From Octopus bimaculoides (Eukaryota), in the NCBI RefSeq assembly GCF_001194135.2, contig NC_069003.1, positions 32,327,698-32,391,697 of the forward strand: 64,000 bases of DNA, in the 5' to 3' direction. Both the position numbers and the translations under genes were made by a program. Positions 1-12,988 of the stretch are shown here, in pieces. Each line of letters begins with the position of its first letter. The stretch's first letter is position 1. Under the pieces are notes generated by a model. The model was not told the DNA's origin. It did not search any database and was given only the letters and a program-made list of their open reading frames with translations.

Positions 1-332
1 GTTCTGTGTAATATCGTAGCAGGTTGATACTTCACAAAATATTCCGTCATCATTCATGTAATCTTCAAATAAACTATTTCAGATATGTTAGGTATGTTCA
101 TACAACATAGCAGCTTCTGTCTTGTGTAAGCCCTGTAGGTATCAATAGATTTTATAGGGAATCAAAGAAGAATTTATGGAAGCAGTAGTATTTTTCCATT
201 GCCAGGTGTGTTGTATTTTTCCTTTCTTTCTTCTTGTTAACCCAGAAGGTAAAAATATTTTTTCCCCCGTTGAAAATTTGATAAATTTGTCTTTCTCTTT
301 CTTCTTTATTTTTCTAATAATTTTTCTCTATA

Positions 333-334
<2 letters not shown>

Positions 335-410
<76 letters not shown>

Positions 411-421
411 AAGTAGTAGTA
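335..421. repeat. (TTA)n-(GTA)n microsatellite
   Basis: Seen directly. Other large simple repeats: (CA)n 988-1038; (TTA)n 9820-9918 and 12535-12655; (ATC)n 10444-10520; (TA)n 15610-15662, 44326-44378 and 47908-47942; tetramer 16342-16450; (CT)n 25585-25694, 43718-43796 and 62200-62288. Confidence 0.95.
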
Positions 422-985
422 GTTGGAGCTTATTAAATTGTATCTGTAAACCTTTATCGATAATGATATTATGATGGGTCGCAAGTAGTAACACATCAGG
501 GATGATCGATATTCAGGGAATCAGAATTTCAAAAGTGAGTTTTCTTCTAGGCTCCCTGCCATCTTCTATCTTTATTTCATTTAGTATTCCAGGTTTCTAT
601 TAACAAAAGGGGAAGAAAAAAAAAATTTATGTTTGTGTTTTATTGGAAAAAAATCTCTTGAAATATTGGATTTGATGCTGTGGGAATGGAATATCTGTTG
701 TATTCTTCAGCATTTGAAACTACATTATTGCCTTCAAGTGAATAAGGGAGCATCTACATGATCGATCAACCTGCAAGAAATAGCAGCTTGATGTTCCTCA
801 AATCACACACTTCTGTCTTCTGAACAATGGAAGAACTTGAGAGATAATCTAATCCTAAATATATTGTTTTAATTGAAAGCAATATGGTTATGGTTGGAAT
901 ACCTTTTATCTTTTGCTCAATCACAAAGCTCTGGCGCTGTAAACACACCAGCACTGGTTGTCAAGCAGTGAGGGACCAGCAGCGA

Positions 986-1041
<56 letters not shown>

Positions 1042-1994
1042 ACAGGCTTCTTTCAGTTTCTGTCTACTCACAAGTTTGGGAAGCAAGCTTCTAACTACAC
1101 AGCCATTTATCATAGGTCTGTTCAATCACAGCTGCCCTGGGCCTAAACCTCAACAACATAGTTTTACTCGAGCTGAGATGTGATCGCTTGATGTGCTAGA
1201 ATTAGCAGCCAGATGGCCTTCGTGTCACATGCTGTTGTTTTAAAATTAAAGAACATGTTGGATTTTGTCTGATATCATAGCTTGAATGTTTTTAGTCACA
1301 TGACTACTCATTTGGGGCTGATATTGGTCTAAAGAACAACAACAACAACCTTGAATTTTATCTTAATGTATAAAGTAAATGGATGTATGTTCCAAGTTGT
1401 TGTAGGTTTCAAGCACTAAATGTCAGCCCTAGATGCTGGAAGATAAATTTGTTTCACAGGGGCTACTAACGATATTGGCATTTCTTCAAATCTTAATATA
1501 CAAAAGTGAATGTATGTTTGGTCCATCCACCCCATCTTCCTTCCTTCCTTCCTTCATTTCTTTCTTTCAAGTTGTAAACCTTAGTTTGGCACCTAGGTAG
1601 CTGAAATTTTGCATAGGAGTACATCTTTTTGTGGAGAAGGTCACAGGCAATAATAACTGCTATTGAAACTGGGTTTTTTTTTAGCTTAACTTTTTAGTTT
1701 AAGATGAAAATCTAAAACCACTGTAATAGGCATTGGAAAAATTACCAATTAGGAAAGCAATTCATTTAGAATTAATTAGTACAGTATTTTGTAAAAAAAA
1801 AAAAATAAAAAAAAAGCATATTTTTCTGAAAACATAAATTAGAAAGCTCAACTTGGACTATTTTCTGAACTGATTGGCGAGAACAGTTCTGAAGTTTGTC
1901 AGCATCATTTTGTGAAGCAGTTTGTGCAAAAATATAGTGAATGCATGTTATTGAATATATTTGAGGCTGTAATATAATTGGACAAGGCTGAGTA

Positions 1995-2530
1995 CCACCA
2001 CTAGTCATCATCATTACCATCATCATTTAACATTTGCTTTCCATGCTGGACAGTTCAACAGAATCCACCAAGTTAACTTTCTCTTTGCACACTTCATCTG
2101 ATTCTCCTTATAACAATTTTTCTCTCCTCTCATTTGTACTCATTTGTGTTCGAGCACACTAAGATTACACATCCATTGGGATATGCTTGTTTCATTTCTT
2201 TCTAGCCTTCACAAGTCTTCTATATTCAAAGCCCATATCTCACTAACCATACAGCACCAAACACGAGCATCGATCTGCCCTTTGTTGCCAGCAAAGTTAA
2301 TAAATCCCTGAATTTCTCCCAACTTGTTCATACTCTAGCTACTGTTCTTTTGAAACAACCACCTCCTCTGCTAATTATGCCTCCTAGGTAATGAAAGCTA
2401 TCAGCTGCTTCTAGTGAACCAGCCTAGCATTTCAGAGAATCTTTTCCTCCCTGTGTCTTCTTAGTGCTTATTGTCCCAGTGCATCTGCGGACACACAAAG
2501 CCTGCTTTCTCTGCTAGCCTGCTTCTGATT
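1995..2530 (-). mobile_element. RTE-clade LINE, 3' fragment
   Basis: The reverse strand gives SLEAADSFHYLGGIISRGGGC...SWEKFRDLLTLLATKG...RLERNE..WMCN. It ends in the tail gcatggaaagcaaatgttaaatgatgatg. Confidence 0.85.
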
Positions 2531-4947
2531 CCACTACATCTCTTGTGTATCTATAACTAACACTGGGTACAGCGAGTATAATTAATATATAGTGATTAAA
2601 ATCTGTTGGTGAAAACAGAAAGTCTATTAATGTAAGAATCAAACAAGCCACAACGCTGTTTTGTATAGAACAGTATTCCTTCAGTAATCAAGTATAAAAC
2701 ATTGCAAATTAACCCAGGTGGACTTATGCAAGAAGACAAGGTAAATTACAGGAATCATTCGTGTGTGTGCATGCACACACATACACAGAGTAAATGAGCG
2801 AATGCACATCGGTGCACTCAAAAAGAAGCAAAAAAGTACTCAATATAAAGCATAGACTAATAATAAAATTTAACAAAGCTGCAACTTTATTAATACAATT
2901 ACAAGTTTCAGCTTTCAGTTTGTCAGAAAGATGAAACCGTGGTGTTGTATTAGTAATATTAGTTTCTATTATATGTTATACACATATTTACATAATTAGG
3001 TATATGTGTTTTTCTGTGTGATGTGTCTATTGTATATATGTATATATACATGTATGTGTGTATATATCTGTGTATGTATATGTATATCTACTGATTAACA
3101 CTACACACACACATACATTACACGTTTCATCAGCCGAAATATATTTTCAATTCATCAAGTGTCTCTTGTTATATTATTGACATGTACTGAACGTCTGGAT
3201 ATTGGTAAAATTGTCAATGTCCTTATTAGATTAATTCACATAATCTGCAATACTAAAAGACTCAAATAGCATTATATGAACCATTGTTTTTGGAAGCTAC
3301 TAGACCGACACCTCAACTAGTATGTTTCTATAAAATGCTATTCTATTTTCTGTTTTAGAAATTCAGGAACTAGACAAATTAATATAGAATACAGTGTTGT
3401 AGTATGGAATGAGATACAGTGATATAGAACATATTTGTAATATGGAATATTATGGAACTATGTACAGTTACTTGAGATATAGAGTGATATGAAACTGGAT
3501 ACAGTAATATGATACTAAGTACAGCTATATAGAATTATCAATCCATCCATCTTCTCAGCCCATTAATTCTGGGAGGGTCATGAGAGTAAAGTGCTCTGGC
3601 ACCTTCTCCATAGGGTTCTATCAGAAACAATCGTCATTGCACTTTCTGGCAGGATCCCAAAGCATGACCAACTGAGAAAATGAATATTATGCAACCATCT
3701 TGTTCTTGGGCTACCCCTAGGTCACCTGCCGGTTTGTTTGGTTCGAATGCCATAATTGCTGCTGTACTTATTCACTTAAGTTATTTAAATATGAATAAGA
3801 GTGTATGCAAATATACATATATTTTATGAGCAGAGGCCTGGAAAATGACATCTCTCGGCCCCTAATCCAAGATTACCATCAAATTCAAACATACTTATGA
3901 ACACTTGAAACAGTTTTTGTGCTTCTTTTCCTGTATTTTTTTTAATGTCTGAAGTTAAGATACCATAATTGATGGCATGTAGGACACACACTATTTTCTC
4001 CCCCCCCCCCCACCAAAAAAAATGTCTCAAAAGTATCACCCCAGGTCCTGTATGTGAAGTTGGGCCTCCCATAAGCTTTAATGCATTACAAAGGGTTATT
4101 CCCCTCCCCTAAATATACACTGCTGAAATTGGCATGCATCTAATATGTCCATGTGTTTTTTTTTTTTTTATGGTATGATGGGAGTCACCATCCAATTCCA
4201 AAAATTTGGATAGATTCTTGTAGAGAGACAAAGAGAAAGAAATAAATAAAGAGAAAGAGAAAGTACTATACCACTGGGATTTGTCATCTTGGGTGAATGT
4301 ATCTGAACTCGACTGATCACTAAGAGGAAAAGGAGGAGGCTGTGTGTGTGAGTTCTGACTAAGTAATAATTCCAGAACTGGCAGTATGAATGTACTTTTA
4401 GCAGATAACGAGTATTAATATTTTGGTTGAGCTAAAATTAATATGTTTAATGTTGAGAGCATGTAATATCTAATTAAAAATAATTATGTCAATTGTTGGT
4501 TAAAATATTGAGAGAATCCCTATATAATGGTGGTAAACACTTCTTTTTTTTCTCTTTTTCTGTTGCAAGATCTCAATTTATCTCTCCTATATTCATATGA
4601 TGGTTCATCATATACATGTTAGCATATGATATCTTTAGACAAAATAAATATTTAGGGAAAAATAAAAGACCACTTATTTGTTTGAACAAGTTGATAATAA
4701 TAATACTAATGATAAACAGAAAACAAGAAACAATTTTTTGTGACTGCACACTGTGAAATAGGAATCAGATATTCGGCTCCATTATTGTTCAGTATGGTTT
4801 TTAATTGGTCCTTCAGGAAATGTTTTTGTTATCTAAGATATCTCAAAGACATTTTAATTTGTATCAAACATTAACAAAAAAGAAAAAAAAAAAAATCCGT
4901 CAATTTTCAAAAGTAGGTTGTGCCAAAACAAAGCAACACTAGAAAAG

Positions 4948-5200
4948 CATGTTGTTGTTGTTTACCATTAGCTCAGCCCTAATTAAAGAGAACTATGTTA
5001 AAAAGCATTCCAGCCATGATCATCCCCTTTGTTTTTTGTTTCTCTTTTTATTAATTCAGACACAATGTAACCCATTCTACACTATCCAAAAGTGTCTTTA
5101 TCGTTCTTTTTTTTTTTTTTTGTTTGGAAACAATAAGAAACAATTTGCTGCTATTTCTAGCAAATTGAGTGACCAAAACGAGTCTCCCTCATTAATTCAC
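4948..5200 (-). mobile_element. SINE-like family D with (AAC)n tail
   Basis: (gtt)n-ta..cag..ctaa...cattccagccatgatcatcccc...gctatttctagc. Homologs lie near 1150-1350, 8500-8745, 10245-10400, 13505-13715, 14060-14250, 25945-26175, 41970-42200, 43265-43430, 43490-43680 and 57005-57095. Confidence 0.7.
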
Positions 5201-6213
5201 AATGCTGTTATTAGTGTAGATATTCAGCAGTATTTTCCATATTTGAAATTGAGACTTCAAAACATCATCTAACTAGAACTCAATCAATTTCATTTGTAAG
5301 TTGTCAGGTTCTTTGGAGACATCGGTTAGATTTGCTTGAAAAGCCAGTACCAGTGTGAGACCATATTTCTCAAAGTCTACAAATGTCTTCATTGTATTCT
5401 TCAATCAGTATGTCTACAACAATTGTGTATTCTTTCATGTCACATTGAATTGATGATTTACTTGTATTTTATTCATTATCCATGAAGGAAGTGTTCAACT
5501 GAATGTTTCTGATCAGGCAGATGTGGCTGGGTGGCAAATAAGTTTGCTTTGCAGCTGTGTAGTTTCTGGTTCAATCTCATTGCATAGCACCTTACAGAAG
5601 TGTTTATGGTCATAGTTTCCAGTTGAGTAAATATGTACAACAATATTTGTTACTCCTCTGTTGAGTTTTTAATTTCTCCACGTGAAAAAGTTTTCAACAT
5701 CATTCACGGGAATTGTTTATTTTCTCATAAAAAAAAATTTTTGTTTTCAATGTTGTCCATGTGAATTGTTTATATCCTCTTCACCACTGTTATAATGTGG
5801 ATCCTTGTCCACTTGTATGTTGTTGTTAGTATTGTAATATTCTTGTTGCCACTATTATGTTGTGGTGGTATTCTGTACCTTATTATCTTTGACTCATCTA
5901 TTGTGCTATCACTGATATCTCCGCAAGACAATGACTTTGGCACGTTTACCTTGACGGTAACTTGAACGCGTATATCATGTAACTGATATACGGTAACTCA
6001 AGCTTGTATATAATGACCCCAACTGAGAACTCCTACAATGACGTTACTATGTCTGACTTTCTACAACAACTGACTGTTTGACTTTATAGGTACTCATCAT
6101 ACCACTTTGTCACATGGGAAGGGGAGTACCATTTTCGCTACAACAAAAACATGTTTTTTTTTTCATAGCTCTGAGGTCCCTGTAGATCGTTAGGCCGTTG
6201 ACCGTAGCTTGAT

Positions 6214-6450
6214 TTAACCATTTTGATACCAACCCACTTGAGACTGTCCTTAGTTCCACAATACAAACTGTTTTTAAGTGATCTAAATTAAAACCTTCCA
6301 TCAAAATTCCATATTAATTTATGTTTCAAACATGAGCTGATAATGACTAAGTTACTTTATTAAGTTTTTCAGTATTTTCAAAATAAATTGAAACAAAGGC
6401 AGCTTATTGCAAAAAAAAAAAAAAAAAAACTATGATAACAAAAGAGTTAA
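6214..6450 (+). mobile_element. piggyBac-type MITE, family G
   Basis: TTAA-ccattttgatacc...tgataacaaaagag-TTAA; reverse homolog at 20143-20372. Confidence 0.7.
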
Positions 6451-6594
6451 GCTTATATCTAAATGCAATATTGATTGTGGCTCAGATCAATAAACTATAG
6501 AATATGGGTAGAGATGTCTTTTAATGCTACACCATGCTCTTCTGTTGACCCTGCAATAATTAGTGAAGGTTTAAGGAAATGTGTTTCACTTTAG

Positions 6595-6659
6595 CAGAAC
6601 AAAGTTTAACTATATCAGAAGTAGACTTGATGAGAAGGAGAATTCAGTTAACCTGAAAA
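6595..6659 (+). CDS. Candidate upstream exon (RTKFNYIRSRLDEKENSVNLK)
   Basis: TAGCAG tandem acceptor, donor A/gtgaga, open frame ending in phase 1, compatible with exon 37360. The pyrimidine tract is weak. Confidence 0.3.
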
Positions 6660-8019
6660 GTGAGACAGACTTACATACGTACATATATATGCATGCATAC
6701 ATACATACATACATATATACACACCATCAAACAAACAAAGAATTAAAGAAATTACAAGGGAACAGGATTTACATAATGTACTTCACTAGCTTACAGCTGT
6801 TCTTGCTATAAGATGCAGTGCATTCAGAGCCGAATGCTTGTACATCACGTTATAACTTACATTGAGTTTTAACAGCAGGTTATTAATATTACTGTACCTA
6901 AGCGAAATCTTAAAGTATATAATGTTTGTGTGTGTTTGTGTGGCAAGTATTTACTTGATCTTGTGATAAGCAGCAAATCTTAGAAACAATATATGAGAAA
7001 TGGACATTCAATGTTTCATCACCACATTAAAGGCCCTCATAGTGAGATTGGGTAATTTTGCAATATCAGAATACATCTACTCAGATGTAGTTTATGATAC
7101 CAATAACTTTATTTAATATTTCATTGGAACAGTAAATTTGACACAAAAAGACTTCTTTTGATGCATGGCAATTGTAGTTGTTGTTATTGTTGTTGTGCAA
7201 CAAATCTTTTAACATTTCTCTATTGCATGGAAGGTGCACCGTAAATGTGCGTGCACTTACTAGATTACATTTATTCAATTTTCGTTCGTATTACTTAACT
7301 TTAAACATAGTAGAACTGTGTCTTCTTCGTTTCCTTTGTGGTAAGGTTTTCACAAAGTTGTTGGTGTTGTTGTTGTTGTCAGCAATACCACTGACCCTGA
7401 GTTCAGTCATGACTCAACAAAACCGATGACAAAAAGCATTCAAGCTAAGATCATCCCATTCTATCTTTTCAGACATAGTTTATGTCAGACTATATTATCC
7501 AATATGGCTTTGAATTTGTAGAGTTGTTAGAGCACCAGGGAAGATGCTTTGCAACGTTTGCTCTGACTCTCCGCAGTCTGAGTTCAAATTCCACTTAGAT
7601 CAACTTTACGTTCTTTTGTAGTTGATAAATAAAGTGCTAGTCCAGGGCAGTGAATTAGTGGAATGTTAGGGTATCAGGTAAGATACCTTGCTGTAATGTT
7701 TCAGCTTTGTGCTTTCTGGGTTCAGATTCTTCATCTTGTCACCAGGAATTGCTCCAAGTCTGCTCTGCCTGAGCAGAATTATGATGTTTTGTTTAAGAAA
7801 TCAGACATATCCCCTCAAAATTTCATTACCCTTAACTGTGAAAACTAGTTGTATACAACCAATCTTTTTTTTTTTTTTTTTTTTTTTACAGAATGTCTTG
7901 ATTGAGACTATTTTTTGTGGAGATATGTCAAATTTATTGAGGCAGTATGACTTGCAGAAAATACCAATTCTGATTTTTGGTAGATAATTAACATCATTAC
8001 ATGGAATAACCATAAAATT

Positions 8020-8210
8020 TAATTTTGCTGTGAAAAAGTGAGGCTAAATCCTTGGGATGGGGAGAGTGGTTTTTGTGGGGCTTGAGTTGAGAATGGGTGA
8101 TGTAAAATGAACGAGTTGGAGGTTATTGAAGTGGAATTGGCACAATCGAGCAAGTTCTGAGGAGCGGGGTCAACAGCTGAAAAATGCTGACCAGCCACTT
8201 TTAACATTTC
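8020..8210 (-). mobile_element. Possible CR1/L2-type LINE C-terminal relic
   Basis: The reverse strand gives SSELARL and HHPFS across frameshifts. Weak resemblance only. Confidence 0.3.
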
Positions 8211-8913
8211 TTTAAGTGAACAGAATAAAGATGTGAAAAATTCTCAGCAGTAAACCAATACATCAGTATATAAGTCTGAACACCGTGAAGAAAAAAAAGT
8301 GTTGTAATTGTACTAGCTATTTACTACCGACTACATTTAGCCAACAAGATTATATATTATCTCTAGCAACTGACAGCATTAACCTATCTCTGTAAAGGTA
8401 AGTGTGGGTGCACTAACGAGAAGAAATTACAGGAAGCTAAAAAGTAATTATTCAAGTGAGAGTGCATTGGTAACTGTGTTAAGAAAAACTGTAGTTGTTG
8501 TTGTTTTTGTTGTTGTTGTTTAGCTGCAGGTTAATTCTGATCAAAAAGACGTCTGATGAAAGGGCTTCTAGCCACGACACTGTTGATTTACAAAACAATA
8601 TATTAGATCGTCATGGATTGTCTTTAATGATGGGTCTACACATGTCCTTCATGTAATTTGGCTGGTAGAATATGAGTTGAAGGAAATCTGGCTGCTATTT
8701 CAGCAAGCTGAGCAACCACTTAGAGGTATCCTCATTAACTTGAAATGCAGGTAATTAATAACAGGTGAGAGTACAGTGACAAAATCCTCTGTAGTTCAGA
8801 ACTGAGTTTTGACAAAATGCATTAATTTATTTTGTTTATTCAGCCCCAGGTCAGTCTCAATCAAGCTGATATGATCGAAAGCACTGTAGTTATGACTTGT
8901 CAAATACATTCAC

Positions 8914-8944
<31 letters not shown>

Positions 8945-9000
8945 CACATGTGTGTGCGCACACACACACACACACACAATGCGCAAGCCTCTGAACAGGT

Positions 9001-9192
9001 ATTGCCATGACAACTTTCTCTGTCATGGTCAATGCAATGATTACATGCTACACACCTTCCTTCCAAGCACTGCTGTAAACAGCAGAAGTGAGCCAGAACT
9101 TTAAAACTTAGAGCACATGCACAGCAGAGTTCAAGGTCAATCTTTGCCATGCAGCTTCACTCTGCTTGCTTTAACTCCATTACTATGGCAAC
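9001..9192. promoter_or_regulatory. Two RFX X-box-like motifs
   Basis: ATTGCCATGACAAC (9001-9014) and ATTACTATGGCAAC (9179-9192) both fit RYYNYY-AT-RRNRAC, in non-repetitive sequence. Confidence 0.35.
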
Positions 9193-9859
9193 GGTCCGGA
9201 TACTTATTGATCATACCTTGTATATGTGTGTTTTTAGAGATTTTTGCTGTCAAATAAGCTTAAATTTGAATGAATGTAAATTTCACCTGTGGATGAGAGG
9301 GTAAGGCTCTCACCTTTTTTTCCATGGTTCTTCATTAGCTCAAAATTATTAACATCATAGATATTAGTCAAGACTCTTTTGTGGATGAATAAAATCATGG
9401 ACACTTTGGTCCATTGTCTCTAACTTAACACTTGTACAATAAAGAAGAAGAAAAACAAATTTTAATCAATCCATTGATTTCTGTTATTCCCAACCCCCAC
9501 CACCACCAAATAAAAAAAAGGTTTAGAAATAAATTTAAGATAAACAGATAAATTTGAAACAATAAAAGAAATGTTTGGATAATTTTAAAATTACAATAAC
9601 AACGATATGTATGTGTTTTATTCTGTTTATTTTATTATTATTATTATTATTATTATTATCAAAATTTTTATTATTATCAAAATTACAGAATAAAATGTTA
9701 CAAAGTGAGCTTTGGTTGTGGTTAACATGTTCAATATTGCTTGTATAAATCTAATTAAAATGTAAGGAATTTTAATTAAATAAAAGAAAAATGTTTTCAC
9801 ACATTGATTTCAGTTTTCTTTTTTCGTCATCATCATTATTATTATCATTATTATTATTA

Positions 9860-9918
<59 letters not shown>

Positions 9919-10443
9919 TCTGCATTTTTTTCAAGAATTCATTTTTGACTTCTTGCTGAACTCTTAATTAAATTGTTAGTCTTTTCTTTTCTTTTTCTTT
10001 CTTTCTTCTATTCTGTTGTCTGTTACAAATAATTTGATATGCCTGAGCAGACCTAAATAAATAGAAATATTTGATGCAATGAATGTACAATTGCACTAAC
10101 AAACTAGTATTTGATGTGTGTGGGTGTGTATACATGCATGCATATGCATGTTTGCGTGTGTGTGTGTTTGCTTTCATTAACCGCTATATTATATAACATT
10201 CAACAATATTAATTTTAATTATATAATGCATTCAAATGAGTAGGGAGGCAAGCCTCTATGTGGTCGTTCAGCATGCTAGAAATAGCAGCCAAGTTCCATT
10301 CAAACCACACCTCTGCTTAAAAATTGAAGGACACAGTCTTTTAGTTAATGATGGCTTTAACATTTTGAATAAGACATGAAAAATTAAACATGCGTGTGAT
10401 GAGGATCAGAGATGAAAATAATTGAAACGTACTGATACAGATG

Positions 10444-10485
<42 letters not shown>

Positions 10486-10523
10486 CCATCATCACCATCA
10501 TCACCATCATCATTATCATTATT

Positions 10524-10735
10524 GAAGGCAGTGCACTGGCAGAATCATTAGCATCCCAAGCAAAATGCTTAGCAGCATTTCGTCCATCCTTACATTCTGA
10601 GTTCAAATTCTGCCTTGGCCAACTTTGCTTTTCATCTATTCAGGGTCGATAAAGTACCAGTCAAGCACTGGAGTTGATGTACTTGACTTATCCCCTCTCC
10701 CAAAATTTAAGGCCTTGTGCCTATAGTAGAAAGGG
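10524..10735 (+). mobile_element. SINE family B
   Basis: Homolog of 40272-40507 inserted in (ATC)n. Confidence 0.85.
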
Positions 10736-10744
10736 TTATCATCA

Positions 10745-11142
10745 TTATTGTTGTCATCATTATCGTCATCATTTCCATTGTTTTAACATCAACCTTTCCA
10801 TAACTGCATGGGTCAAATGGAGTTTATAGAGGCAGATTTTCTGCAGCCTTTATGCCCTTCCTGTTGCCAAGCAAGAAAATATATCTCCATATCCAAATAT
10901 GCTTTTTTTAAAATGGTGACAATAACTGATATTCGTTCATTTACAACAATCATGTGATGTCAAGAAAAGAAGACACACGCGCGCGCGTACAGAATGAGCT
11001 TCTTTCAATCTCTGTCTACCAAATCAGCTCACAAAGTTTTAGTTGACCCAGGTCTATAGCTGGAAACATTTACCCAAGATGCCACACAGTAGGACCGAAC
11101 TTGAAACCATGTGGTTGGGAAGTAGACTTCTTAACAACATAG
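10745..11142 (-). mobile_element. SINE family A, tail type A2 (RTE-type tail)
   Basis: Family A head and core joined to the gcatgg...gttaaa(tga)n tail. Confidence 0.8.
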
Positions 11143-12544
11143 TTTACAGAAGAATTATATTCTATTTCAAGTTCATGCTCTGCTGCTCGTGACTACAGTT
11201 TTTGATGTATAGTTTTTATGATGTTGATAAAGTAACACTTGATGTTGTGCTTATAGCATACAATTTAGTAAGCCTGGCATTGGAATTAAAACTGAAATGT
11301 AAAATGGTTGTGTAGATGGTTGTCTGAAAAATGTTGGTTTCTGAATTGAATCAGAAATTTAATGAAAGTGAAGTATGGAAACATAAGATTTAAATTTCTC
11401 CATTTTTTTTCCCCCTGTGTTCCCCCTCCCCACCATTAATTTTGATACAGGAATTGGAGATCTCATAAGTTTTAATCCTGTGGATATTTTTCTTTTTTTT
11501 TTGTGAAGGAAAATGGAACAGTAAAATAACCATGTTGTGTAGCTTGTAAAATTAAAATTACGACAAGATAAACATGTTAAACTCTTAAACTTTAAGATAC
11601 TAAACCGCCTAAGAGCACCAACAGTTGGTGCCAGCCAACAGAGCATCTCATTTTAAAGTGTTCATATTTAAATTAAAGCTTTCATCATAGTCTTTCTTTT
11701 TTTAATATCAAAATCTCTTTCGTGAAAGTATGTTCCAAACATAAAATTATATATACATTTATGTTAATGTCAAATAATTAAAGTAAGTGTGCTCAATACA
11801 CGTTGTAGAGGATGTTTTTTTTTCTCTCTGTTTTATTTAAAACTATAACTGAGAGTTTGTTTCATAACCTGAGTTTCAAGCTGCTGCAATCTTCAGGTGA
11901 GAACTGTTACAACTTAATATTGGTGATGTATTTAGATTCTTTGGTCTAGTGCTTGTGTTTGTTCACTGGTTCATTGGTTTCATTGGTTCATTGGTTTCTT
12001 CTTCATGCTTTTTTATGGTCTCTTCATTAGTTGCTTATGTTATTTTTGAGATGTAATGTATTTCTTACAGTTGTATGTGGGAAGCTGCATTATTGATTTG
12101 ATGCCTGAAGATTCTACTCTGATGATTTTCTTAGGAATAATGGGCAGAGAAGATGGACGAATGTAGTAGAAGATGGATGAATGTAGTTTCATTGCTACTT
12201 TTCTAGCAGATTCTATCTGACCGCTTACCTGTTGAAAGGTAGGTTACTTGAAGTAGTAGTAACCTTGAGTAAAATGGCAGGGTGGGGGTAGGGGGATCAA
12301 AAAAGAAAATATTGAATATAAAAAAAAAAGAAAATTGCCATAGGATAGAATATTTAATTATTCAAAGGAATGAGGGTGAGGAATACATTGGGATTTTAAT
12401 ATTTTCCATTTAATTGAAACTAAAATATTCAGACTAAGATGATCTTTTAAGAATTTGATTAAATATCCAGTTTTAACTTTTTTTTTTTTTTAGTCAGTAA
12501 CTTTTAAAATGTTATCTTTCATAAAAAGAGCAAAATTATTATTA

Positions 12545-12590
<46 letters not shown>

Positions 12591-12661
12591 CATTATTATC
12601 ATTATTATCATTATTATTATTATTATTATTATTATTGTTATTGTTATTATTATTCATATCT

Positions 12662-12988
12662 NNNNNNNNNNNNNNNNNNNNNNNNNNNNNNNNNNNNNNN
12701 NNNNNNNNNNNNNNNNNNNNNNNNNNNNNNNNNNNNNNNNNNNNNNNNNNNNNNNNNNNNNNNNNNNNNNNNNNNNNNNNNNNNNNNNNNNNNNNNNNNN
12801 NNNNNNNNNNNNNNNNNNNNNNNNNNNNNNNNNNNNNNNNNNNNNNNNNNNNNNNNNNNNNNNNNNNNNNNNNNNNNNNNNNNNNNNNNNNNNNNNNNNN
12901 NNNNNNNNNNNNNNNNNNNNNNNNNNNNNNNNNNNNNNNNNNNNNNNNNNNNNNNNNNNNNNNNNNNNNNNNNNNNNNNNNNNNNNNN
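12662..12988. other. Assembly gap
   Basis: N run. Other gaps: 23965-24629, 34315-34689, 37673-37682, 54161-54170 and 61373-61382. Confidence 0.99.

Noticed and set aside
1-930. Possible Penelope-like RT remnants on the minus strand (HNIIIDKG, YMNDDGIF)
   Set aside because: Many stops and only fragmentary motif similarity; it cannot be supported without a search.
3110-3160. Minus-strand TTGATGA...hairpin...GAAACGTG hammerhead-like string
   Set aside because: C3 is missing, extra bases lie between stem II and GAAA, and there is no valid cleavage site or stem I.
12148-12187. Short tandem duplications (20 bp x2 here; also 11965-12000 and 15265-15385) as CRISPR-like arrays
   Set aside because: They are adjacent duplications without unique spacers in eukaryotic DNA, consistent with replication slippage.
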